Assembly (NCBI RefSeq): GCF_009914755.1
Contig: NC_060928.1
Length of the DNA stretch: 64,000 nt
Origin: the human T2T-CHM13v2.0 reference genome, Homo sapiens
Strand: one strand, 5' to 3'
The notes under the pieces were generated by a model that worked only from the letters and a program-made list of their open reading frames with translations, searched no databases and was not told the origin of the DNA. A program made the position numbers and the translations under genes. Positions within the stretch are counted from its first letter, which is position 1, and each line of letters opens with the position of its first letter. Positions 28,928 to 43,400 of the stretch are shown in pieces.

Positions 28928-31478
28928 CATTCTCAGAAACTTCTTTGTGTTGTGTGTACTCAAGTAACAATGTTGAACCTTCCTTTTGACACAGCAGTTT
29001 TGAAACACTCTTTTTGTAGAATCTGCAAGTGGATATTTGGATAGCTTTGAGGATTTCGTTGGAAACGGGTTATCTTCATATAAAATCCAGACAGGAGCAT
29101 TCTCAGAAACTTCTTTGTGCTGCATGTCCTCAATTCACAGAGCTGAACCTTTGTTTGGATACAGCATTTTGGAAACATTCCTTTAGTAGAATCTGCAAGT
29201 TGATATTTAGATAGCTTTGAAGATTTCGTTGGAAACGGGAATATCTTCATAGAAAATCTAGACGGAAGCATTCTCAGAAACTGCTTTGTGATGTTTGCAT
29301 TCAAGTCACAGAGTTGAATATTCCCTTTTATAGAGTAGGTTTGAAACACTCTTTCGGCACTACCTGGAAGTGGATATTTCGAGCTCTTTGAGGCCTATGG
29401 TTAAAAGGAAATATCTTCCCATAAAAACTAGACAGAAGCCGTCTCAGAAACTTGTTTGTGATGTGTGTATTCAACTAACAGAGTTGAACATTTCTGTTAC
29501 AGAGCAATTTTAAAACACTCTTTTTGTGGAATCTGAAAGTGGATAATTGGATAGCTTTGTGGATTTCGTTGGAAACGGGATGACGTATAAAATCTAGAGA
29601 GAAGCATTCTCAGGAACTTCTTTCTGATGTTTGCATTCAAGTCACAGAATTGAACATTCCTTTTCATAGTGCAGGTTTGAAACACTCTTTCTGTAGTATC
29701 TGGAAGTGGACATTTCAAGCGCTTTCAGGCCTACGGGGAGAAAGGAAATATCTTCAAATAAAAACTAGACAGAAGGATTCTCAGAAACTTATTTGTGATG
29801 TGTGTCCTAAACGAACACAGTTGAACCTTTGTTTTGATACAGCATTTTGGAAACACTCCTTTTGTAGGATCTGCAGGTGGATATTTGGATAGATTTTAAG
29901 ATTTCGTTGGAAACGGGAGTTTCTTCATAGAAACTCAAGACAGATGCATTCTCAGAAACATCTCTGTGATGTTTGCATTCCACTCATAGAGTTGAAAACT
30001 TCCTTTCATAGAGCAGGTTTGAAACACTCTTTTTGTAATATTTGGAAGTGGACATTTGCAGCGCTTTGAGGCCTATGGTGAAAAAGGAAATATCTTCTCA
30101 TAAAAACCAGAAACAAGCATTCTCAGAAACTTCTTTTTGATGTGTGTACTCAAGTAACAGAGTTGAACCTTCCTTTTGACACAGCAGTTTTGAAACAATC
30201 TTTTTGTAGAATCTGCAAGTGGATATTTGGATAGCTTTGAGGATTTCGTTGGAAACGGGATATCTTCATATAAAATCTAGACAGAAGCATTCTCAGAAAC
30301 TTCTTTGTGCTGTATGTCCTCAATTAACAGAGTTGAACCATTGCTTGGATACAGCATTTTGGAAACATTCCTGGAGTAGAATCTGCAAGTTGATATTTAG
30401 ATAGATTTGAAGATTTCGTTGGAAAAGGGAATATCTCCATATAAAATCTAGAGGGAAGCATTCTCAGAAACTGCTTTGTGATGTTTCCATTCAAGTCACA
30501 GAGTTGAATATTCCCTTTTATAGAGCACGTTTGAAACACTCTTTCTGCACTATCTGGAAGTGGACATTTCGAGCGCTTTGAGGCCTATGGTGAAAAAGGA
30601 AATATCTTCCCATAAAAACTAGACAGAAGCATTCTCAGAAACTTGTTTGTGATGTGTGTATTCAACTAACAGAGTTGAACTTTTGTTTTTACAGAGCCGT
30701 TTTAAAACACTCTTTTTGTGGAATCAGAAAGTGGATATTCGGATGGCTCTGAGGATTTCGTTGGAAGCGGGATTACATATAAAATCTAGAGAGAAGCATT
30801 CTCAGGAACTTCTTTGTGATGTTTGCATTGAAGTCACAGAATTGAACATTCACTTTGATAGAGCAGGTTTGAAACACTCATTCTGTAGTATCTGGAAGTG
30901 GACATTTCAAGCGCTTTCAGGCCTATGGTGAGAAAGGAAATATCTTCGAATAAAAACTAGACAGAAGCATCCTCAGAAACTTATTTGTGATGTGTGTCCT
31001 CAACTAACAGAGTTGAAACTTTGTTTTGATACAGCATTTTGGAAACACTCTTTTTGTAGAATCTGCAGGTGGATATTTGGATAGCTTAGAGGGATTCGTT
31101 GGAAAGGGGATATCTTCATATAAAATCTAGACAGAAGCATTCTCAGAAACTTATTTGTGATGTGTGTCCTCAACTAACAGAGTTGAACCTTGGTTTTGAT
31201 ACAGCATTTTGGAAACACTCCTTTTGTAGAATCTGCAGGTGGATATGTGGATAGCTCTGAAGATTTCGTTGGAAACGGGAATTTCTTCATATAAAATCAA
31301 ACAGAAGCATTCTCAGAAACTTCTCAGTGATGTTTGCATTCAGCTCATGGAGTTGAACACTTCCTTTCATAGAGCCGGTTTGAAACACTCTTTCTGCACT
31401 ACCTGGAAGAGGACATTTCGAGCGCTTTGAGTCCTATGGTGAAAAAGGAAATATCTTCTCATAAAAACCAGAAAGAAG
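28928..31478 (+). repeat. 15-mer variant HOR (2,551 bp)
   Basis: Marker spacing 28688->31239 = 2,551; monomers a-d are absent. Confidence 0.9.
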
Positions 31479-34400
31479 CATTCTCAGAAACTTCTTTGTG
31501 TTGTGTGTACTCATGTAACAGTGTTGAACCATCCTTTTGACAGAGCAGTTTTGAAACACTCTTTTTGTAGAATCTGCAAGTGGATATTTGGATAGCTTTG
31601 AGGATTTCGTTGGAAACGGGATGACATATAATATCTAGAGAGAAGCATTCTCAGGAACTTCTTTGTGATGTTTGCATTCAAGTCACAGAATTGAACATTC
31701 CCTTTCATAGAGCAGGTTTGAAACACTCTTTCTCTAGTATCTGGAAGTGGGCATTTCAAGCGCTTTCAGGCCTATGGAGAGAAAGGAAATACCTTCAAAT
31801 AAAAACTAGACAGAAGCATTCTCAGAAACTTATTTGTGATGTGTGTCCTCAACTAACAGAGTTGAACCTTTGTTTTGATACAGCATTTTGGAAACACTCC
31901 TTTTGTAGAATCTGCAGGTGGATATTTGGATACCTTTGAAGATTTCGTTGGAAACCGGAATATCTTCATATAAAATCAAGACAGAAGCATTCTCGGAAAC
32001 ATCTCTGTGATGTTTGCATTCAACTCAGTAGAGTTGAACACTTCCTTTCATAGAGCCGGTTTGAAACACTCTTTCTGCACTACCTGGAAGCGGACATTTC
32101 GAGCGCTTTGAGGACTATGGTGAAAAAGGAAATATCTTCTCATAAAAACCAGAAAGAAGCATTCTCAGAAACTTCTTTGTGTTGTGTGTACTCAAGTAAC
32201 AGTGTTGAACCTTCCTTTTGACACAGCAGTTTTGAAACACTCTTTTGGTAGAATCTGCAAGTGGATATTTGGATAGCTTTGAGGATTTCGTTGGAAACGG
32301 GTTATCTTCATATAAAATCCAGACAGGAGCATTCTCAGAAACTTCTTTGTGCTGCATGTCCTCAATTCACAGAGCTGAACCTTTGTTTGGATACAGCATT
32401 TTGGAAACATTCCTTTAGTAGAATCTGCAAGTTGATATTTAGATAGCTTTGAAGATTTCGTTGGAAACGGGAATATCTTCATAGAAAATCTAGACGGAAG
32501 CATTCTCAGAAACTGCTTTGTGATGTTTGCATGCAAGTCACAGAGTTGAATATTCCCTTTTATAGAGTAGGTTTGAAACACTCTTTCGGCACTACCTGGA
32601 AGTGGATATTTCGAGCTCTTTGAGGCCTATGGTTAAAAGGAAATATCTTCCCATAAAAACTAGACAGAAGCCGTCTCAGAAACTTGTTTGTGATGTGTGT
32701 ATTCAACTAACAGAGTTGAACATTTCTGTTACAGAGCAATTTTAAAACACTCTTTTTGTGGAATCTGAAAGTGGATAATTGGATAGCTTTGTGGATTTCG
32801 TTGGAAACGGGATGACGTATAAAATCTAGAGAGAAGCATTCTCAGGAACTTCTTTCTGATGTTTGCATTCAAGTCACAGAATTGAACATTCCTTTTCATA
32901 GTGCAGGTTTGAAACACTCTTTCTGTAGTATCTGGAAGTGGACATTTCAAGCGCTTTCAGGCCTACGGGGAGAAAGGAAATATCTTCAAATAAAAACTAG
33001 ACAGAAGGATTCTCAGAAACTTATTTGTGATGTGTGTCCTAAACGAACACAGTTGAACCTTTGTTTTGATACAGCATTTTGGAAACACTCCTTTTGTAGG
33101 ATCTGCAGGTGGATATTTGGATAGATTTTAAGATTTCGTTGGAAACGGGAGTTTCTTCATAGAAACTCAAGACAGATGCATTCTCAGAAACATCTCTGTG
33201 ATGTTTGCATTCCACTCATAGAGTTGAAAACTTCCTTTCATAGAGCAGGTTTGAAACACTCTTTTTGTAATATTTGGAAGTGGACATTTGCAGCGCTTTG
33301 AGGCCTATGGTGAAAAAGGAAATATCTTCTCATAAAAACCAGAAACAAGCATTCTCAGAAACTTCTTTTTGATGTGTGTACTCAAGTAACAGAGTTGAAC
33401 CTTCCTTTTGACACAGCAGTTTTGAAACAATCTTTTTGTAGAATCTGCAAGTGGATATTTGGATAGCTTTGAGGATTTCGTTGGAAACGGGATATCTTCA
33501 TATAAAATCTAGACAGAAGCATTCTCAGAAACTTCTTTGTGCTGTATGTCCTCAATTAACAGAGTTGAACCATTGCTTGGATACAGCATTTTGGAAACAT
33601 TCCTGGAGTAGAATCTGCAAGTTGATATTTAGATAGATTTGAAGATTTCGTTGGAAAAGGGAATATCTCCATATAAAATCTAGAGGGAAGCATTCTCAGA
33701 AACTGCTTTGTGATGTTTCCATTCAAGTCACAGAGTTGAATATTCCCTTTTATAGAGCACGTTTGAAACACTCTTTCTGCACTATCTGGAAGTGGACATT
33801 TCGAGCGCTTTGAGGCCTATGGTGAAAAAGGAAATATCTTCCCATAAAAACTAGACAGAAGCATTCTCAGAAACTTGTTTGTGATGTGTGTATTCAACTA
33901 ACAGAGTTGAACTTTTGTTTTTACAGAGCCGTTTTAAAACACTCTTTTTGTGGAATCAGAAAGTGGATATTCGGATGGCTCTGAGGATTTCGTTGGAAGC
34001 GGGATTACATATAAAATCTAGAGAGAAGCATTCTCAGGAACTTCTTTGTGATGTTTGCATTGAAGTCACAGAATTGAACATTCACTTTGATAGAGCAGGT
34101 TTGAAACACTCATTCTGTAGTATCTGGAAGTGGACATTTCAAGCGCTTTCAGGCCTATGGTGAGAAAGGAAATATCTTCGAATAAAAACTAGACAGAAGC
34201 ATCCTCAGAAACTTATTTGTGATGTGTGTCCTCAACTAACAGAGTTGAAACTTTGTTTTGATACAGCATTTTGGAAACACTCTTTTTGTAGAATCTGCAG
34301 GTGGATATTTGGATAGCTTAGAGGGATTCGTTGGAAAGGGGATATCTTCATATAAAATCTAGACAGAAGCATTCTCAGAAACTTATTTGTGATGTGTGTC

Positions 34401-37400
34401 CTCAACTAACAGAGTTGAACCTTGGTTTTGATACAGCATTTTGGAAACACTCCTTTTGTAGAATCTGCAGGTGGATATGTGGATAGCTCTGAAGATTTCG
34501 TTGGAAACGGGAATTTCTTCATATAAAATCAAACAGAAGCATTCTCAGAAACTTCTCAGTGATGTTTGCATTCAGCTCATGGAGTTGAACACTTCCTTTC
34601 ATAGAGCCGGTTTGAAACACTCTTTCTGCACTACCTGGAAGAGGACATTTCGAGCGCTTTGAGTCCTATGGTGAAAAAGGAAATATCTTCTCATAAAAAC
34701 CAGAAAGAAGCATTCTCAGAAACTTCTTTGTGTTGTGTGTACTCATGTAACAGTGTTGAACCATCCTTTTGACAGAGCAGTTTTGAAACACTCTTTTTGT
34801 AGAATCTGCAAGTGGATATTTGGATAGCTTTGAGGATTTCGTTGGAAACGGGATGACATATAATATCTAGAGAGAAGCATTCTCAGGAACTTCTTTGTGA
34901 TGTTTGCATTCAAGTCACAGAATTGAACATTCCCTTTCATAGAGCAGGTTTGAAACACTCTTTCTCTAGTATCTGGAAGTGGGCATTTCAAGCGCTTTCA
35001 GGCCTATGGAGAGAAAGGAAATACCTTCAAATAAAAACTAGACAGAAGCATTCTCAGAAACTTATTTGTGATGTGTGTCCTCAACTAACAGAGTTGAACC
35101 TTTGTTTTGATACAGCATTTTGGAAACACTCCTTTTGTAGAATCTGCAGGTGGATATTTGGATACCTTTGAAGATTTCGTTGGAAACCGGAATATCTTCA
35201 TATAAAATCAAGACAGAAGCATTCTCGGAAACATCTCTGTGATGTTTGCATTCAACTCAGTAGAGTTGAACACTTCCTTTCATAGAGCCGGTTTGAAACA
35301 CTCTTTCTGCACTACCTGGAAGCGGACATTTCGAGCGCTTTGAGGCCTATGGTGAAAAAGGAAATATCTTCTCATAAAAACCAGAAAGAAGCATTCTCAG
35401 AAACTTCTTTGTGTTGTGTGTACTCAAGTAACAGTGTTGAACCTTCCTTTTGACACAGCAGTTTTGAAACACTCTTTTGGTAGAATCTGCAAGTGGATAT
35501 TTGGATAGCTTTGAGGATTTCGTTGGAAACGGGTTATCTTCATATAAAATCCAGACAGGAGCATTCTCAGAAACTTCTTTGTGCTGCATGTCCTCAATTC
35601 ACAGAGCTGAACCTTTGTTTGGATACAGCATTTTGGAAACATTCCTTTAGTAGAATCTGCAAGTTGATATTTAGATAGCTTTGAAGATTTCGTTGGAAAC
35701 GGGAATATCTTCATAGAAAATCTAGACGGAAGCATTCTCAGAAACTGCTTTGTGATGTTTGCATGCAAGTCACAGAGTTGAATATTCCCTTTTATAGAGT
35801 AGGTTTGAAACACTCTTTCGGCACTACCTGGAAGTGGATATTTCGAGCTCTTTGAGGCCTATGGTTAAAAGGAAATATCTTCCCATAAAAACTAGACAGA
35901 AGCCGTCTCAGAAACTTGTTTGTGATGTGTGTATTCAACTAACAGAGTTGAACATTTCTGTTACAGAGCAATTTTAAAACACTCTTTTTGTGGAATCTGA
36001 AAGTGGATAATTGGATAGCTTTGTGGATTTCGTTGGAAACGGGATGACGTATAAAATCTAGAGAGAAGCATTCTCAGGAACTTCTTTCTGATGTTTGCAT
36101 TCAAGTCACAGAATTGAACATTCCTTTTCATAGTGCAGGTTTGAAACACTCTTTCTGTAGTATCTGGAAGTGGACATTTCAAGCGCTTTCAGGCCTACGG
36201 GGAGAAAGGAAATATCTTCAAATAAAAACTAGACAGAAGGATTCTCAGAAACTTATTTGTGATGTGTGTCCTAAACGAACACAGTTGAACCTTTGTTTTG
36301 ATACAGCATTTTGGAAACACTCCTTTTGTAGGATCTGCAGGTGGATATTTGGATAGATTTTAAGATTTCGTTGGAAACGGGAGTTTCTTCATAGAAACTC
36401 AAGACAGATGCATTCTCCGAAACTTCTCTGTGATGTTTGCATTCCACTCATAGAGTTGAAAACTTCCTTTCATAGAGCAGGTTTGAAACACTCTTTTTGT
36501 AATATTTGGAAGTGGACATTTGCAGCGCTTTGAGGCCTATGGTGAAAAAGGAAATATCTTCTCATAAAAACCAGAAACAAGCATTCTCAGAAACTTCTTT
36601 TTGATGTGTGTACTCAAGTAACAGAGTTGAACCTTCCTTTTGACACAGCAGTTTTGAAACAATCTTTTTTGTAGAATGTGCAAGTGGATATTTGGATAGC
36701 TTTGAGGATTTCGTTGGAAACGGGATATCTTCATATAAAATCTAGACAGAAGCATTCTCAGAAACTTCTTTGTGCTGTATGTCCTCAATTAACAGAGTTG
36801 AACCATTGCTTGGATACAGCATTTTGGAAACATTCCTTGAGTAGAATCTGCAAGTTGATATTTAGATAGATTTGAAGATTTCGTTGGAAACGGGAATATC
36901 TTCATAGAAAATCTAGACGGAAGCATTCTCAGAAACTGCTTTGTGATGTTTCCATTCAAGTCACAGAGTTGAATATTCCCTTTTATAGAGCACGTTTGAA
37001 ACACTCTTTCTGCACTATCTGGAAGTGGACATTTCGAGCGCTTTGAGGACTATGGTGAAAAAGGAAATATCTTCCCATAAAAACTAGACAGAAGCATTCT
37101 CAGAAACTTGTTCGTGATGTGTGTATTCAACTAACAGAGTTGAACTTTTGTTTTTACAGAGCCGTTTTAAAACACTCTTTTTGTGGAATCAGAAAGTAGA
37201 TATTCGGATGGCTCTGAGGATTTCGTTGGAAGCGGGATTACATATAAAATCTAGAGAGAAGCATTCTCAGGAACTTCTTTGTGATGTTTGCATTGAAGTC
37301 ACAGAATTGAACATTCACTTTGATAGAGCAGGTTTGAAACACTCATTCTGTAGTATCTGGAAGTGGACATTTCAAGCGCTTTCAGGCCTATGGTGAGAAA

Positions 37401-40400
37401 GGAAATATCTTCGAATAAAAACTAGACAGAAGCATCCTCAGAAACTTATTTGTGATGTGTGTCCTCAACTAACAGAGTTGAAACTTTGTTTTGATACAGC
37501 ATTTTGGAAACACTCTTTTTGTAGAATCTGCAGGTGGATATTTGGATAGCTTAGAGGGATTCGTTGGAAAGGGGATATCTTCATATAAAATCTAGACAGA
37601 AGCATTCTCAGAAACTTATTTGTGATGTGTGTCCTCAACTAACAGAGTTGAACCTTGGTTTTGATACAGCATTTTGGAAACACTCCTTTTGTAGAATCTG
37701 CAGGTGGATATGTGGATAGCTCTGAAGATTTCGTTGGAAACGGGAATTTCTTCATAGAAAATCAAACAGAAGCATTCTCAGAAACTTCTCAGTGATGTTT
37801 GCATTCAGCTCATGGAGTTGAACACTTCCTTTCATAGAGCCGGTTTGAAACACTCTTTCTGCACTACCTGGAAGAGGACATTTCGAGCGCTTTGAGTCCT
37901 ATGGTGAAAAAGGAAATATCTTCTCATAAAAACCAGAAAGAAGCATTCTCAGAAACTTCTTTGTGTTGTGTGTACTCATGTAACAGTGTTGAACCATCCT
38001 TTTGACAGAGCAGTTTTGAAACACTCTTTTTGTAGAATCTGCAAGTGGATATTAGGATAGCTTTGAGGATTTCGTTGGAAACGGGATGAAATATAATATC
38101 TAGAGAGAAGCATTCTCAGGAACTTCTTTGTGATGTTTGCATTCAAGTCACAGAATTGAACATTCCCTTTCATAGAGCAGGTTTGAAACACTCTTTCTCT
38201 AGTATCTGGAAGTGGGCATTTCAAGCGCTTTCAGGCCTATGGAGAGAAAGGAAATACCTTCAAATAAAAACTAGACAGAAGCATTCTCAGAAACTTATTT
38301 GTGATGTGTGTCCTCAACTAACAGAGTTGAACCTTTGTTTTGATACAGCATTTTGGAAACACTCCTTTTGTAGAATCTGCAGGTGGATATTTGGATAACT
38401 TTGAAGATTTCGTTGGAAACCGGAATATCTTCATATAAAATCAAGACAGAAGCATTCTCGGAAACATCTCTGTGATGTTTGCATTCAACTCAGTAGAGTT
38501 GAACACTTCCTTTCATAGAGCCGGTTTGAAACACTCTTTCTGCACTACCTGGAAGCGGACATTTCGATCGCTTTGAGGCCTATGGTGAAAAAGGAAATAT
38601 CTTCTCATAAAAACCAGAAAGTAGCATTCTCAGAAACTTCTTTGTGTTGTGTGTACTCAAGTAACAGTGTTGAACCTTCCTTTTGACACAGCAGTTTTGA
38701 AACACTCTTTTGGTAGAATCTGCAAGTGGATATTTGGATAGCTTTGAGGATTTCGTTGGAAACGGGTTATCTTCATATAAAATCCAGACAGGAGCATTCT
38801 CAGAAACTTCTTTGTGCTGCATGTCCTCAATTCACAGAGCTGAACCTTTGTTTGGATACAGCATTTTGGAAACATTCCTTTAGTAGAATCTGCAAGTTGA
38901 TATTTAGATAGCTTTGAAGATTTCGTTGGAAACGGGAATATCTTCATAGAAAATCTAGACGGAAGCATTCTCAGAAACTGCTTTGTGATGTTTGCATTCA
39001 AGTCACAGAGTTGAATATTCCCTTTTATAGAGTAGGTTTGAAACACTCTTTCGGCACTACCTGGAAGTGGATATTTCGAGCTCTTTGAGGCCTATGGTTA
39101 AAAGGAAATATCTTCCCATAAAAACTAGACAGAAGCCGTCTCAGAAACTTGTTTGTGATGTGTGTATTCAACTAACAGAGTTGAACATTTCTGTTACAGA
39201 GCAATTTTAAAACACTCTTTTTGTGGAATCTGAAAGTGGATAATTGGATAGCTTTGTGGATTTCGTTGGAAACGGGATGACGTATAAAATCTAGAGAGAA
39301 GCATTCTCAGGAACTTCTTTCTGATGTTTGCATTCAAGTCACAGAATTGAACATTCCTTTTCATAGTGCAGGTTTGAAACACTCTTTCTGTAGTATCTGG
39401 AAGTGGACATTTCAAGCGCTTTCAGGCCTATGGGGAGAAAGGAAATATCTTCAAATAAAAACTAGACAGAAGGATTCTCAGAAACTTATTTGTGATGTGT
39501 GTCCTAAACGAACACAGTTGAACCTTTGTTTTGATACAGCATTTTGGAAACACTCCTTTTGTAGGATCTGCAGGTGGATATTTGGATAGATTTTAAGATT
39601 TCGTTGGAAACGGGAGTTTCTTCATAGAAACTCAAGACAGATGCATTCTCAGAAACATCTCTGTGATGTTTGCATTCCACTCATAGAGTTGAAAACTTCC
39701 TTTCATAGAGCAGGTTTGAAACACTCTTTTTGTAATATTTGGAAGTGGACATTTGCAGCGCTTTGAGGCCTATGGTGAAAAAGGAAATATCTTCTCATAA
39801 AAACCAGAAACAAGCATTCTCAGAAACTTCTTTTTGATGTGTGTACTCAAGTAACAGAGTTGAACCTTCCTTTTGACACAGCAGTTTTGAAACAATCTTT
39901 TTGTAGAATCTGCAAGTGGATATTTGGATAGCTTTGAGGATTTCGTTGGAAACGGGATATCTTCATATAAAATCTAGACAGAAGCATTCTCAGAAACTTC
40001 TTTGTGCTGTATGTCCTCAATTAACAGAGTTGAACCATTGCTTGGATACAGCATTTTGGAAACATTCCTTGAGTAGAATCTGCAAGTTGATATTTAGATA
40101 GATTTGAAGATTTCGTTGGAAAAGGGAATATCTCCATATAAAATCTAGAGGGAAGCATTCTCAGAAACTGCTTTGTGATGTTTCCATTCAAGTCACAGAG
40201 TTGAATATTCCCTTTTATAGAGCACGTTTGAAACACTCTTTCTGCACTATCTGGAAGTGGACATTTCGAGCGCTTTGAGGCCTATGGTGAAAAAGGAAAT
40301 ATCTTCCCATAAAAACTAGACAGAAGCATTCTCAGAAACTTGTTTGTGATGTGTGTATTCAACTAACAGAGTTGAACTTTTGTTTTTACAGAGCCGTTTT

Positions 40401-43400
40401 AAAACACTCTTTTTGTGGAATCAGAAAGTGGATATTCGGATGGCTCTGAGGATTTCGTTGGAAGCGGGATTACATATAAAATCTAGAGAGAAGCATTCTC
40501 AGGAACTTCTTTGTGATGTTTGCATTGAAGTCACAGAATTGAACATTCACTTTGATAGAGCAGGTTTGAAACACTCATTCTGTAGTATCTGGAAGTGGAC
40601 ATTTCAAGCGCTTTCAGGCCTATGGTGAGAAAGGAAATATCTTCGAATAAAAACTAGACAGAAGCATCCTCAGAAACTTATTTGTGATGTGTGTCCTCAA
40701 CTAACAGAGTTGAAACTTTGTTTTGATACAGCATTTTGGAAACACTCTTTTTGTAGAATCTGCAGGTGGATATTTGGATAGCTTAGAGGGATTCGTTGGA
40801 AAGGGGATATCTTCATATAAAATCTAGACAGAAGCATTCTCAGAAACTTATTTGTGATGTGTGTCCTCAACTAACAGAGTTGAACCTTGGTTTTGATACA
40901 GCATTTTGGAAACACTCCTTTTGTAGAATCTGCAGGTGGATATGTGGATAGCTCTGAAGATTTCGTTGGAAACGGGAATTTCTTCATATAAAATCAAACA
41001 GAAGCATTCTCAGAAACTTCTCAGTGATGTTTGCATTCAGCTCATGGAGTTGAACACTTCCTTTCATAGAGCCGGTTTGAAACACTCTTTCTGCACTACC
41101 TGGAAGAGGACATTTCGAGCGCTTTGAGTCCTATGGTGAAAAAGGAAATATCTTCTCATAAAAACCAGAAAGAAGCATTCTCAGAAACTTCTTTGTGTTG
41201 TGTGTACTCATGTAACAGTGTTGAACCATCCTTTTGACAGAGCAGTTTTGAAACACTCTTTTTGTAGAATCTGCAAGTGGATATTTGGATAGCTTTGAGG
41301 ATTTCGTTGGAAACGGGATGACATATAATATCTAGAGAGAATTATTCTCAGGAACTTCTTTGTGATGTTTGCATTCAAGTCACAGAATTGAACATTCCCT
41401 TTCATAGAGCAGGTTTGAAACACTCTTTCTCTAGTATCTGGAAGTGGGCATTTCAAGCGCTTTCAGGCCTATGGAGAGAAAGGAAATACCTTCAAATAAA
41501 AACTAGACAGAAGCATTCTCAGAAACTTATTTGTGATGTGTGTCCTCAACTAACAGAGTTGAACCTTTGTTTTGATACAGCATTTTGGAAACACTCCTTT
41601 TGTAGAATCTGCAGGTGGATATTTGGATAACTTTGAAGATTTCGTTGGAAACCGGAATATCTTCATATAAAATCAAGACAGAAGCATTCTCGGAAACATC
41701 TCTGTGATGTTTGCATTCAACTCAGTAGAGTTGAACACTTCCTTCCATAGAGCCGGTTTGAAACACTCTTTCTGCACTACCTGGAAGCGGACATTTCGAG
41801 CGCTTTGAGGCCTATGGTGAAAAAGGAAATATCTTCTCATAAAAACCAGAAAGAAGCATTCTCAGAAACTTCTTTGTGTTGTGTGTACTCAAGGAACAGT
41901 GTTGAACCTTCCTTTTGACACAGCAGTTTTGAAACACTCTTTTGGTAGAATCTGCAAGTAGATATTTGGATAGATTTGAGGATTTCGTTGGAAACGGGTT
42001 ATCTTCATATAAAATCCAGACAGGAGCATTCTCAGAAACTTCTTTGTGCTGCATGTCCTCAATTCACAGAGCTGAACCTTTGTTTGGATACAGCATTTTG
42101 GAAACATTCCTTTAGTAGAATCTGCAAGTTGATATTTAGATAGCTTTGAAGATTTCGTTGGAAACGGGAATATCTTCATAGAAAATCTAGACGGAAGCAT
42201 TCTCAGAAACTGCTTTGTGATGTTTGCATTCAAGTCACAGAGTTGAATATTCCCTTTTATAGAGTAGGTTTGAAACACTCTTTCGGCACTACCTGGAAGT
42301 GGATATTTCGAGCACTTTGAGGCCTATGGTTAAAAGGAAATATCTTCCCATAAAAACTAGACAGAAGCCGTCTCAGAAACTTGTTTGTGATGTGTGTATT
42401 CAACTACCAGAGTTGAACATTTCTGTTACAGAGCAATTTTAAAACACTCTTTTTGTGGAATCTGAAAGTGGATAATTGGATAGCTTTGTGGATTTCGTTG
42501 GAAACGGGATGACGTATAAAATCTAGAGAGAAGCATTCTCAGGAACTTCTTTCTGATGTTTGCATTCAAGTCACAGAATTGAACATTCCTTTTCATAGTG
42601 CAGGTTTGAAACACTCTTTCTGTAGTAACTGGAAGTGGACATTTCAAGCGCTTTCAGGCCTACGGGGAGAAAGGAAATATCTTCAAATAAAAACTAGACA
42701 GAAGGATTCTCAGAAACTTATTTGTGATGTGTGTCCTAAACGAACACAGTTGAACCTTTGTTTTGATACAGCATTTTGGAAACACTCCTTTTGTAGGATC
42801 TGCAGGTGGATATTTGGATAGATTTTAAGATTTCGTTGGAAACGGGAGTTTCTTCATAGAAACTCAAGACAGATGCATTCTCAGAAACATCTCTGTGATG
42901 TTTGCATTCCACTCATAGAGTTGAAAACTTCCTTTCATAGAGCAGGTTTGAAACACTCTTTTTGTAATATTTGGAAGTGGACATTTGCAGCGCTTTGAGG
43001 CCTATGGTGAAAAAGGAAATATCTTCTCATAAAAACCAGAAACAAGCATTCTCGGAAACTTCTTTTTGATGTGTGTAGTCAAGTAACAGAGTTGAACCTT
43101 CCTTTTGACACAGCAGTTTTGAAACAATCTTTTTGTAGAATCTGCAAGTGGATATTTGGATAGCTTTGAGGATTTCGTTGGAAACGGGATATCTTCATAT
43201 AAAATCTAGACAGAAGCATTCTCAGAAACTTCTTTGTGCTGTATGTCCTCAATTAACAGAGTTGAACCATTGCTTGTATACAGCATTTTGGAAACATTCC
43301 TTGAGTAGAATCTGCAAGTTGATATTTAGATAGATTTGAAGATTTCGTTGGAAAAGGGAATATCTCCATATAAAATCTAGAGGGAAGCATTCTCAGAAAC

